The position numbers were made by a program, and so were the translations under genes. The notes below the pieces were generated by a model. The model searched no databases, was not told where the DNA came from, and saw only the letters and a list, made by a program, of their open reading frames with translations. From a virus (lineage: Duplodnaviria > Caudoviricetes), in IMG/VR virus record IMGVR_UViG_3300017785_001576, positions 1-25,097 of that record: 25,097 nucleotides of DNA, one strand, 5' to 3'. Below, piece by piece: positions 16,512-25,097 of this stretch; position 1 is the stretch's first letter; each line of letters starts with the position of its first letter.

Positions 16512-19259
16512 ATGCAAGTTATTAATGCTTTACAAGCAAAAAAAGGAGCTAAAACTGAATATAACAGAATGGGTAGTATTACCCAACCTTTACAATTTTT
16601 GCCAAAAAAAGAAAAAAATGATGAATGGGCTGCTTGGAATCTTGACTGGTATGAATGGAATGGTTTAAAACAGATCCGCAGAAATGCTAGAAGGCTAATG
16701 AAAAATTATAAGTTAGCTAAAGGTATTATAGATAAGAGTGACTATATAGTAGAAGAAGATAATGATTACAGAGATATAGTAGAAGTATTAACTAAAGAAG
16801 ATCAGTCTGCATTAGAACTAAAGTTCTATCCAATCATACCTAATGTAATTAATGTTCTAGTAGCTGAGTTTGCTAAAAGATCTACTAAACTAACTTACAG
16901 AGCTATGGATGAATTTTCATATAATGAAATGTTAGAGCAAAAAAGAAAAGATGTAGAAGAAGTATTAATGGCTGATGCTCAAGTTAAAATTACAGCAGCT
17001 TTATTAGAACAAGGTTTAGATCCAGAATCAGAAGAAGCACAACAAGAACTATCTCCAGAAAAACTTAAAACACTACCTGAAATTGAAGGCTTCTATAAAA
17101 AAGATTATAGATCAATGGTAGAGCAATGGGCTAGTCATCAACATAAAGTAGATGTTGAAAGATTTGGTATGGATGAACTTGAGGAAAGAGGATTCAGAGA
17201 CATGCTTATTACAGATAGAGAGTTCTGGCATTTCCGCATGATGGAAGATGACTATGAAGTAGAGTTATGGAATCCTGTTGTTACATTTTATCATAAATCT
17301 CCAGATGCTAGATATATATCACAAGCTCATTGGGTTGGTAAAACTGATATGATGACTGTAGCAGATGTTATTGATAGATATGGATACATAATGACTGAAG
17401 ATCAAGTTGAAGCTTTAGAACAAATATATCCTGTTAGATCTGCTGGTTATACAATTGGTGGTTATCAAAATGATGGTTCTTTTTATGATGGTACTAAATC
17501 TCATGACTGGAATACTAACATGCCTTCATTAGCATATAGACAATATACTTCTGCTATGAATGGTTCTGTTTTAGATGGTGGAGATATTGTTAATCAGATT
17601 TTATCAGAAGGAGAAGATTATATTGATACAGATACTACTTACTTATTAAGAGTAACTACTGTATACTGGAAGTCTCAAAGAAAAATAGGCCACTTAACTA
17701 AAGTAGCTGAGAATGGGGAAGTTATAAATGAAATTATTACTGAAGATTATAAAGTAGAAGATAATCCTATTTATGATACTAGGTTAATGAAAAATAAAAG
17801 TAAAGACAATTTAGTTTATGGAGAACATATAGATTGGATTTGGATTAATGAAGTATGGGGTGGTGTAAAAATAGGTCCAAATATTCCTTCTTTCTGGGGT
17901 ATGAATAATCCAGGAGGTTTTTCTCCACTATATTTAGGTGTGGATAAGAATCATATAGGACCTCTTAAGTTTCAATTTAAAGGTGATAATTCACTTTATG
18001 GTTGTAAACTTCCTGTAGAAGGATCTGTATTCTCAGATAGAAATACTAAGTCAACCGCATTGTTAGACTTAATGAAGCCATATCAGATTGGATATAACAT
18101 TGTTAATAATCAGATTGCTGATATATTAGTAGATGAGCTTGGTACTATTATTATGTTTGACCAGAATACTTTACCTAGACACTCATTAGGAGAAGACTGG
18201 GGAAAAGGTAATTTAGCTAAAGCATATGTAGCAATGAAGAACTTTCAGATGTTACCATTAGATACTAGTATTACTAATACAGAGAATGCTTTAAACTTTA
18301 ATCATTTCCAAAAACTAGATCTATCTCAGACAGAAAGATTAATGTCAAGAGTTAATTTAGCTAATCACTTTAAACAACAAGCTTATGAAGTAATTGGTGT
18401 TAACCCACAAAGAATGGGACAACAGTTATCTCAAATGACTGCTACAGGTGTAGAACAAGCTACTGCAGCATCTTATGCACAGACAGAAGTATTCTTTATC
18501 CAACACTGTGATTATTTAATGCCTAGAGTACACCAAATGCGTACAGACTTAGCTCAGTATTATAACTCTACTAAACCTTCAGCTAGACTTACTTATACTA
18601 CAACTAATGATGAAAAAGTAAACTTCCAAATAAATGGTACTGATCTATTGATGAGAGATCTTAATATTTATGCAAGTACTACTGCTAATCATAGATCTGT
18701 ATTAGAACAGCTTAAAGGAATGGCAATGCAAAATAATACTACAGGAGCTAGTATTTATGATCTTGGTAAAATTGTTCAATCAGATTCAATTGCTGAACTT
18801 AATAATACACTTAAGCAATCAGAGGCTAAACAACAAGAACAAAAACAAGCTGAGATGCAACAAGCACAACAACTACAAGAACAACAAATGAAATCTCAAC
18901 AAGAAATTGAGAAAATGAAACTTGATGCTGAATCTTTAGAAGCTGAGAAAAACAGACAAAGAGATATTCTTGTTGCTGAAATTAGAGCAGCAGGTATGGG
19001 TTCTATGGTAGACATTGATCAGAATAAACAAAATGATTTCAAAGATGCTATGAAAGACATAAGACAAACTGAACAATATAGAGAACAAAGTAATCTTCAA
19101 AGAGAAAAAGAATCTAATGAAAATATGAGACAATCTCAGAAAATGAACTTAGAAGAAAGAAAATTACAGAGTCAACAAGACATAGCAAATAAGCAGTTAG
19201 AAATAGCAAGAGTTAATAAAAACAAGTTTGATAAACCAAAAGATACAAAGAAAAAATAG
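16512..19259 (+). CDS. Portal protein
   Basis: 915 aa after TerL; YPII.N.IN.L..E, KPYQI.YNIV.NQ, Q-rich coiled-coil C-terminus as in crAss-like portals. Confidence 0.85.
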   Translation: MQVINALQAKKGAKTEYNRMGSITQPLQFLPKKEKNDEWAAWNLDWYEWNGLKQIRRNARRLMKNYKLAKGIIDKSDYIVEEDNDYRDIVEVLTKEDQSALELKFYPIIPNVINVLVAEFAKRSTKLTYRAMDEFSYNEMLEQKRKDVEEVLMADAQVKITAALLEQGLDPESEEAQQELSPEKLKTLPEIEGFYKKDYRSMVEQWASHQHKVDVERFGMDELEERGFRDMLITDREFWHFRMMEDDYEVELWNPVVTFYHKSPDARYISQAHWVGKTDMMTVADVIDRYGYIMTEDQVEALEQIYPVRSAGYTIGGYQNDGSFYDGTKSHDWNTNMPSLAYRQYTSAMNGSVLDGGDIVNQILSEGEDYIDTDTTYLLRVTTVYWKSQRKIGHLTKVAENGEVINEIITEDYKVEDNPIYDTRLMKNKSKDNLVYGEHIDWIWINEVWGGVKIGPNIPSFWGMNNPGGFSPLYLGVDKNHIGPLKFQFKGDNSLYGCKLPVEGSVFSDRNTKSTALLDLMKPYQIGYNIVNNQIADILVDELGTIIMFDQNTLPRHSLGEDWGKGNLAKAYVAMKNFQMLPLDTSITNTENALNFNHFQKLDLSQTERLMSRVNLANHFKQQAYEVIGVNPQRMGQQLSQMTATGVEQATAASYAQTEVFFIQHCDYLMPRVHQMRTDLAQYYNSTKPSARLTYTTTNDEKVNFQINGTDLLMRDLNIYASTTANHRSVLEQLKGMAMQNNTTGASIYDLGKIVQSDSIAELNNTLKQSEAKQQEQKQAEMQQAQQLQEQQMKSQQEIEKMKLDAESLEAEKNRQRDILVAEIRAAGMGSMVDIDQNKQNDFKDAMKDIRQTEQYREQSNLQREKESNENMRQSQKMNLEERKLQSQQDIANKQLEIARVNKNKFDKPKDTKKK

Positions 19260-19317
19260 GTAATAGCTATATAAGCAAAAAAATGTGAAAGTTTGTTTTA
19301 AATCTTTCAAGTTTATT

Positions 19318-19334
19318 TTGTATATTGAATTATA
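19318..19334 (+). promoter_or_regulatory. Putative late promoter (capsid operon)
   Basis: TTGTATATT-GAAT-TATA. Confidence 0.5.
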
Positions 19335-19350
19335 AACAAAAACCAACAAG

Positions 19351-20613
19351 ATGAGTGAAGAAACAAAAAACCTAACTGGGGAAACCCAAGTTTTAGATTC
19401 TACAACGGTAGAACAAATAGATGTAAATATTGATGATCTTTTTGGATCACCGGGTGCAGAGAACATTATGTTACCTGCTGATGGTAAAACTCCAGAAAAA
19501 ACAAAATCTTTATTTAGTAAAGAAACAACTGATCTTTCGTTCTTTGACAACCCTAATGCAACAGCTGAAGAAAAAAAAGAAGCAGTTGAAAAGAAAGTAG
19601 AAGTTGATGAAACTATTGCAGAATTAAATGACTTAATTTCTCAAGAAGAAGAAGCTGGTAATAAAGGAAGACCAAAGGTTGATAAATCTGGTCTTTATGA
19701 ACTAGCACAAAAAATGATTGAAGATGGTGAGTTAATGGCTTTTGATGATGATAAGTCATTAGAGGATTACACTACTAAAGATTTCAGAGAGTTATTTGAA
19801 GCTAACTTTAAAGAAAGAGAAGCTAAGATTAAAGCAAATACTCCAAAAGAATTTTTTAGTGCTCTTCCTGAAGAACTACAATATGCTGCTAAATATGTAG
19901 CAGATGGTGGAACAGATCTTAAAGGTCTATTTAGAACCTTAGCTCAAGTTGAAGAAATGAGACAACTTGATCCAGCAGATGATTATGATCAAGCAGAAAT
20001 TGCAAGACAGTATTTATATGCAACTAATTTTGGTACATCAGAAGAAATTGAAACAGAAATTACTGATTGGTCTGACTTAGGTAAATTAGAACAAAAAGCT
20101 AATCAGTTTAAACCTAAACTAGATAGAATGCAAGAAGAAATAATTGCAAGACAACTAGCAGAACAAGAAGATAGAAAAGAACAACAAGCTGAAGCAGCTA
20201 AAATGTATACAGATAATGTTTACAATACTTTAGTAAGTGGAGAACTTGATGGTGTTAAATTAGATAAGAAAGTACAGAATATGTTATACTCTGGTTTAGT
20301 ACAACCTAACTATCCTTCTATATCAGGTAAACCTACAAATATGTTAGGGCACTTGTTAGAGAAGTATCAGTTTGTAGAACCAAGACATGACCTTATTGCT
20401 GAAGCTCTTTGGTTACTTGCAGATCCTGTTGGATACAAAGCAAAGATTAAAGAACAAGGTGGTAGACAAGCTACAGAAAAAGTAGTAAGACAATTAAAAA
20501 CAGAAGAAGCTAGAAAGTCTTCAAACTCAATTATAAGTGAGCCAGAAAATAGAACTAGTAAACCTTCACAAAAAACACTCTCTAGAAGCACTAACATGTT
20601 TAAGAGATTTTAA
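19351..20613 (+). CDS. Putative capsid scaffolding/assembly protein
   Basis: Acidic disordered N-terminus, helical body, position between portal and MCP. Confidence 0.65.
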   Translation: MSEETKNLTGETQVLDSTTVEQIDVNIDDLFGSPGAENIMLPADGKTPEKTKSLFSKETTDLSFFDNPNATAEEKKEAVEKKVEVDETIAELNDLISQEEEAGNKGRPKVDKSGLYELAQKMIEDGELMAFDDDKSLEDYTTKDFRELFEANFKEREAKIKANTPKEFFSALPEELQYAAKYVADGGTDLKGLFRTLAQVEEMRQLDPADDYDQAEIARQYLYATNFGTSEEIETEITDWSDLGKLEQKANQFKPKLDRMQEEIIARQLAEQEDRKEQQAEAAKMYTDNVYNTLVSGELDGVKLDKKVQNMLYSGLVQPNYPSISGKPTNMLGHLLEKYQFVEPRHDLIAEALWLLADPVGYKAKIKEQGGRQATEKVVRQLKTEEARKSSNSIISEPENRTSKPSQKTLSRSTNMFKRF

Positions 20614-20640
20614 TAAGTAACAAACAAATAAATAATAAAA

Positions 20641-22260
20641 ATGGCAACTCCAGTTTTAAACAATGGTATATTCCTCCGGGATACCTCGTATCAGGCAAGT
20701 TCCCATGTGGATTCATACCACTTGGTTAACATGCTGAAAGATGCTGAACCTATGGATTTAGGTCCAGTAGATTTATGGGCTATGTCCCAGAAAGTTGAAA
20801 TGCCGCTTTATCAAATGTCTTCATTTGGTGGCAAAAATGTTATCATGGTTGATAATGCTCGTGGTGAGTATAAGTGGCAGACTCCAGTGTCTGTAGACTT
20901 ACCTTACATTCTTGAGGATATTGAACCAGAGAACAACTTTAAAGGTATTGAAGGTACAACCTTCCGTATCAAGTTAAGCAGACGTGAGTTTGGACATGGT
21001 GATATCTTCACATATGACAAATACAACGGAGCTGAGCTATATGTAGTTCCTTCTGAAGATATCTTACCTATTGGTGATGGTTATATCTATACAGTACAGT
21101 TGGTTAACAATGAGAACTACAAATACTTGGATAACAAGTACTTGGCTAATGGTACTAAAGTTTTCCGTAAAGGTTCTGCAAGAGGTGAGTATGGTGAAAG
21201 ATTCTCTGACATCACAACAAGAACAGGATTCCGTGAATTCTACAACTTTGTTGGTGGTGCTGAAGCTCACGTACATTATTCTATCTCTAGCCGTGCTGAC
21301 TTGATGATCAAAGGGGGAATGAATGCAGATGGTACAGTTCCTGTAACTGAGATCTGGAGAACATTTGACAAAAACATTGATCCTTCTATTACATCTTTAG
21401 AAGATATGATCAAGGTTATGGGTAAAGACAAAGTGAAAAAAGCATTTGACAACGGAGATTTATCAAGAACTTTCTTGACATCTATGGAGTCTGCTCACTT
21501 ATCTAAAGTAGCAAATGACATTGAGACTTACTTAATGTGGGGTCATGGTGGTAGAGTTCGTCAAGATGGACCAGATGATGTTAGATTATCTGTAGGTCTT
21601 TGGAAACAATTGGATAACTCTTTCAAAAGAGTATACAATAAAAATAACTTTACATTAGACTTGTTCCGTGGAGAGATCTACAACTTCTTCAATGGTAAAG
21701 TTGAGTTCCAAGGTCCAGATCCAAAAAGATCTCTAGTAGTTCAAACTGGTATGGGTGGAATGAGAATGGTAAATGAAGCTATCAAACGTGAAGCAGTATC
21801 TTCAGGTTTGTTAATTCAAGCTGCTGATATTGGTGCAATCACTGGTAAAGGAATGGACTTGAACTTTGGATTTGCTTACACTTCTTATGTTATTCCTTTC
21901 TTGGCAAATGTTAAATTTGTATTGAATCCAGCATTTGATAATGTTCATACTAATGACATTGAGAACCCAATCATTGATGGTTTCCCATTATCTTCTTATT
22001 CATTCATTATCTTTGATATTACAGATAACACTAATGACAACATCTTCTTGTTGAAATTATCTTGGGATAATCAATTGAAATGGTGGTATCAAAATGGTAC
22101 TATGGACTACATGGGTCGTACACAAGGATTCCAGTCTTCAGGACAATTCAATGGTTACCGTGTAATGATGTCTCAAACAATGCCAGCTATTTGGGTTAAA
22201 GATCCAACTAAAGTTTTAAAAATTGTTATGAGAAACCCAATTACTGGTGGATCATTCTAA
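20641..22260 (+). CDS. Major capsid protein
   Basis: 539 aa; position; high-expression codon bias (TTC, AAC, CGT, ATC); LMWG.GG...G..G.WKQ; strong terminator follows. Confidence 0.85.
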   Translation: MATPVLNNGIFLRDTSYQASSHVDSYHLVNMLKDAEPMDLGPVDLWAMSQKVEMPLYQMSSFGGKNVIMVDNARGEYKWQTPVSVDLPYILEDIEPENNFKGIEGTTFRIKLSRREFGHGDIFTYDKYNGAELYVVPSEDILPIGDGYIYTVQLVNNENYKYLDNKYLANGTKVFRKGSARGEYGERFSDITTRTGFREFYNFVGGAEAHVHYSISSRADLMIKGGMNADGTVPVTEIWRTFDKNIDPSITSLEDMIKVMGKDKVKKAFDNGDLSRTFLTSMESAHLSKVANDIETYLMWGHGGRVRQDGPDDVRLSVGLWKQLDNSFKRVYNKNNFTLDLFRGEIYNFFNGKVEFQGPDPKRSLVVQTGMGGMRMVNEAIKREAVSSGLLIQAADIGAITGKGMDLNFGFAYTSYVIPFLANVKFVLNPAFDNVHTNDIENPIIDGFPLSSYSFIIFDITDNTNDNIFLLKLSWDNQLKWWYQNGTMDYMGRTQGFQSSGQFNGYRVMMSQTMPAIWVKDPTKVLKIVMRNPITGGSF

Positions 22261-22276
22261 GTAAAAAAAATAAATT

Positions 22277-22314
22277 GCACAGGGTGTCATTAATGATGCT
22301 CTGTGCTTTTTTTT
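22277..22314 (+). terminator. Rho-independent terminator after MCP
   Basis: GCACAGGGTGTCA-TTAA-TGATGCTCTGTGC plus T8. Confidence 0.9.
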
Positions 22315-22353
22315 AATAAAAAATAAACTAACAACAAACAAACCAACAACAAA

Positions 22354-23373
22354 ATGGAAACACAATTTACAATGGTAGAAACCGGGCGCGGTAGTATTAA
22401 AAAAACAGCTATTACAGTACGTCCTTTCTTTGACAGTTCAGTATCCAACATGGGTCTGGAAACTTATAACATGAGTCTTTATGACGGAGTAAAGCATAAT
22501 GAACAACTTGCATGTTTAGAAAACAATGGTGTAGTAAGATACATCACTGGTTTAAATGAATTTGCACCAGAAATTAAATTACTTAATGCTGAAGATAGAG
22601 AAGCAAGAGTAAGAGAAATTAGAACATCAGTAGCAGAATTAGAAAAAGAATTAGCTGCTAATGTACTAGATATTGAAGATACTATGTTTTGGAATAAGGT
22701 AACTTTGTTAAGACCTGATAACTCAACATTTTGGAACAAAATAGAAATGGCATGTGGTAATGATCCGGTTTACTTAGATCCAACAAATCCATATGACAGA
22801 ATTAAATTATATGCTATAGAAGCAGGAGGGTTCTCAATTGTTGCTAAAAGTTATGATGATGCAAGAGCAAGAGCAGTACCACCTAAATTTTATTTAGATA
22901 AAGAAGAAGAAACAGTTATGGTTAGAACAGAGTACAAAAAACTCCGTAACAAAGCATTAGCTGAACTTCAAAAATTATTTGACAAAAACAGTACTAAGTT
23001 ATTCTACATTGCAAAAGTTGTAGATATTAACAGTACACAATATAGAAAATCAACACCATTAGATGTTATCTATGAAAACATGGATAGATATATCAGTGGT
23101 GAAGGAGGAGAAACCAATAAGGAAAGAGCTGCTAAATCCTTTGCAGAAACTGCAGCAATGGATATGGAATCATTAAAAATTAAATCAATTGTTAGAGATT
23201 CCGTATTTTTTAAGTATATTATTAATAAGGCAGATGGTTATATCTACCACACTAAGACAGGTGCAATGCTTGGAAGAAATGTGTCAGATGTAATAGAGCA
23301 CTTGAAAAACCCTTTAAATGAGGATGTTTTGAAAGATCTTAATACTGCTTGTGAAAAGTATTGGAACTCTTAA
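22354..23373 (+). CDS. Conserved protein downstream of MCP (crAss-like capsid-module gene)
   Basis: 339 aa; YITGL, FW, LD..NP.D, LG.....V...L.NP.N pattern; synteny. Confidence 0.7.
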   Translation: METQFTMVETGRGSIKKTAITVRPFFDSSVSNMGLETYNMSLYDGVKHNEQLACLENNGVVRYITGLNEFAPEIKLLNAEDREARVREIRTSVAELEKELAANVLDIEDTMFWNKVTLLRPDNSTFWNKIEMACGNDPVYLDPTNPYDRIKLYAIEAGGFSIVAKSYDDARARAVPPKFYLDKEEETVMVRTEYKKLRNKALAELQKLFDKNSTKLFYIAKVVDINSTQYRKSTPLDVIYENMDRYISGEGGETNKERAAKSFAETAAMDMESLKIKSIVRDSVFFKYIINKADGYIYHTKTGAMLGRNVSDVIEHLKNPLNEDVLKDLNTACEKYWNS

Positions 23374-23385
23374 AAATAAAATAAA

Positions 23386-23868
23386 ATGAAAACTAAAATG
23401 AAAATGGTAAACAAAGGTGGGAAAATGGTTCCTGCCTTTGCAGCAGACGGTAAAGGTAAAATGATGATGGGTGGTTCTAAAATGAAAAAAATGGGAACTG
23501 GTGGAATGCATATGATGCCTGATGGATCAATGATGAAAAATTCAATGATGAAAACCGGAGGTATGGTTAACCCTAATGCTAATTTACAAGCAGCTAAAAC
23601 TGCTGGTTCTAAAGGTGTTATGTCTGGAGTTAATCCAAAAGCTTCTGCTTCTAAAGTTGCTAAAGGTAAAGTAGGTGGTATATCTAAAGCTCCTAAAACT
23701 GCAATGCCAAAAGCTAAATATGGTATGACTATGAAAAAAATGCAAGATGGTGGACCAACAGGAAATTCACCTGAAAATCAAATTAAAAGATCTATGATTA
23801 AATCATCATTTGATAATGCTAGAAAAACAATCAAAGGTCGTTCTGGTAAACCTGCTGGTAAAATCTAA
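23386..23868 (+). CDS. Very basic K/M/G-rich low-complexity protein, putative internal virion protein
   Basis: Repeated xxGG motifs and PKAKYGM; very few acidic residues. Confidence 0.7.
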   Translation: MKTKMKMVNKGGKMVPAFAADGKGKMMMGGSKMKKMGTGGMHMMPDGSMMKNSMMKTGGMVNPNANLQAAKTAGSKGVMSGVNPKASASKVAKGKVGGISKAPKTAMPKAKYGMTMKKMQDGGPTGNSPENQIKRSMIKSSFDNARKTIKGRSGKPAGKI

Positions 23869-23873
23869 TTGTC

Positions 23874-24545
23874 ATGGCTATTAAGAAAACTGTTACTAAA
23901 AAAATGCAAGTAGGTGGTGCTGCTAATGTTTCTAAAAAACCTGTTACAGTAGTTAATGCTAAAGGAAAAACTGTTGATGATCCTAATAAAATGACAAGAA
24001 CTACCTATAATAAAAAAGGTAAAACTCTTCATGATCCTAATAAAATGACAAGAACTTTCTATAATAAAAAAGGTAAAACTGTTGATCATTATGATCCTGC
24101 AAGTAAGAATTTTGGAACAACCGTATATAATAAAAAAGGTGTCACACAAAAATTAGAGCCAACTGGAGCATTCGGAGGAGCCACTGTAATAAAAAATAAA
24201 AAAGGTACAGAAATATATGATCGTGTCAATGATAGGACTGAAACTTATAATAAAAAAGGTAAAACAGTTAATTTTAGTGATGGATCAGTTACTACAACAA
24301 ATAGTAAAGGAATTACTACAACACCTCCTAAAAAAACAACAACTGCATCAAACAATACATCTATTGAACAAAAAGCAAAAGATGTAATGAGTGGTAAATA
24401 TGGTAATGGTGCTGCAAGAAAACAAGCATTAGGTGCAGACTATGATAAAGTACAAGCTATTATCAATAAACAAATGGCTGGTTCTAAAGCTGCTATACCT
24501 AAAGCTAAATATGGTATGTCAATGACAAAAATGAAAAAGAAGTAA
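23874..24545 (+). CDS. Basic repeat protein with a C-terminal CW_7 (Cpl-7) cell-wall-binding motif
   Basis: YNKKGKT repeats; SIEQKAKDVMSGKYGNGAARKQALGADYDKVQAIIN. Confidence 0.7.
   Translation: MAIKKTVTKKMQVGGAANVSKKPVTVVNAKGKTVDDPNKMTRTTYNKKGKTLHDPNKMTRTFYNKKGKTVDHYDPASKNFGTTVYNKKGVTQKLEPTGAFGGATVIKNKKGTEIYDRVNDRTETYNKKGKTVNFSDGSVTTTNSKGITTTPPKKTTTASNNTSIEQKAKDVMSGKYGNGAARKQALGADYDKVQAIINKQMAGSKAAIPKAKYGMSMTKMKKK
23961..24086 (+). repeat. 54-bp tandem repeat, about 2.3 copies (18-aa unit)
   Basis: Units start at 23961, 24015 and 24069. Confidence 0.9.
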
Positions 24546-24883
24546 TGCCAAAAGATGCTTGTTATACTAAAGTAAAAGCACAGTATGCTGTGTTTCCTTC
24601 AGCTAGAGCTTCTCAAGCTATTGCTAAATGCCGTAAAGGTTCAGGTGTAGTAAGAAAAACTAAAGCTGGTAGTGATCTTAAAAGATGGCAATCAGAAAAG
24701 TGGCAAGACACAAAATCAGGAAAAGCTTGTGGAGCCGGTGGTAAAAATGAATACTGCCGGCCTACAAAAAGAGTATCTAAGGATACACCTAAAACAAAGT
24801 ATGAACTAACTCCTTCTAAACTAGCTGCTAAAAAAGCTGAGAAGTCAAGAGTAGGTATGGGAAGAAAAGTCAAAAATGTATAG
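24545..24883 (+). CDS. Small basic Cys-containing viral protein (DUF5872-like)
   Basis: DACY.KVK..Y.VFPSA.AS....KCRK, LKRW..EKW.D, YCRP.KRVS..TPKT. Confidence 0.6.
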   Translation: MPKDACYTKVKAQYAVFPSARASQAIAKCRKGSGVVRKTKAGSDLKRWQSEKWQDTKSGKACGAGGKNEYCRPTKRVSKDTPKTKYELTPSKLAAKKAEKSRVGMGRKVKNV

Positions 24884-24885
24884 TG

Positions 24886-25097
24886 ATGGTAATTAAAAAA
24901 ACAACAACTAAAAAAGCACCAGCTAAGAAGAGTTCTTCAGTTGGTATTTCCATTTTAGGTAGTAGTAAGAATGAAATGAGAAAATGGGAAATTGAATCTG
25001 CTATGAGTACATTACAGAGAGCATCAGAAATACAAAAGAATGCTAAGTTAATGTCTGATGTAAAAAAGATGGCTGCTGAAAAAGCAAAAGAATTTAA
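24886..25097 (+). CDS. Basic hypothetical protein, 3'-truncated (MVIKKTTTKKAPAKK...)
   Basis: Open frame from ATG 24886 to the window end. Confidence 0.7.
   Translation, partial: MVIKKTTTKKAPAKKSSSVGISILGSSKNEMRKWEIESAMSTLQRASEIQKNAKLMSDVKKMAAEKAKEF

Larger units (their letters stand above)
1..25097. mobile_element. Bacteriophage genome segment, crAss-like / Bacteroidota phage
   Basis: Terminase, ~915-aa portal, ~540-aa MCP and adjacent conserved genes in crAss-like order; IHF-like and PD-(D/E)XK genes upstream; fibre and lysis modules; no host housekeeping genes. Confidence 0.85.

Noticed and set aside
4267-24873. Antisense or nested track ORFs (4267, 9786, 10904, 12854, 18936, 19197, 20367, 21064, 21071, 22479, 23314, 23865, 24613)
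   Set aside because: Shadows of well-supported plus-strand genes with no independent signals
1-25097. Genome-wide stop-codon reassignment (TAG or TGA) as in some crAss-like phages
   Set aside because: Genes are intact under code 11, and TAA, TAG and TGA all end genes at tight junctions; only one internal stop was seen
1-25097. tRNA genes, integrase, reverse transcriptase
   Set aside because: No cloverleaf/T-loop signature in the short intergenic gaps and no such catalytic motifs recognised

Overview
AT-rich dsDNA phage DNA, most consistent with a crAss-like (Crassvirales-related) phage of a Bacteroidota host. Support is the TerL-portal-scaffold-like-MCP-conserved gene block, an upstream HU/IHF-like gene and PD-(D/E)XK nuclease, TAnnTTTG promoter elements, and A/C-rich leaders without Shine-Dalgarno sites. 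Layout: (1) 1-1122, minus-strand array of small transcription units, each with a conserved bipartite motif, a micro-ORF or small RNA, and a terminator. (2) ~1130-1340, non-coding strand switch with a GC-rich palindromic island. (3) 1353-3414, accessory genes including a GroES-like protein and a possible Acb2/Tad1-like nucleotide sponge. (4) 3525-9284, fragmented modular fibre/RBP cluster. (5) 9371-10861, lysis cassette. (6) 11293-23373, packaging and head genes, with TerL interrupted by one in-frame TAA at 15000-15002. (7) 23386-end, small very basic K/M/G-rich proteins carrying repeated xxGG motifs, one with a CW_7 domain. All family assignments are from motif recognition by eye; no database search was run.
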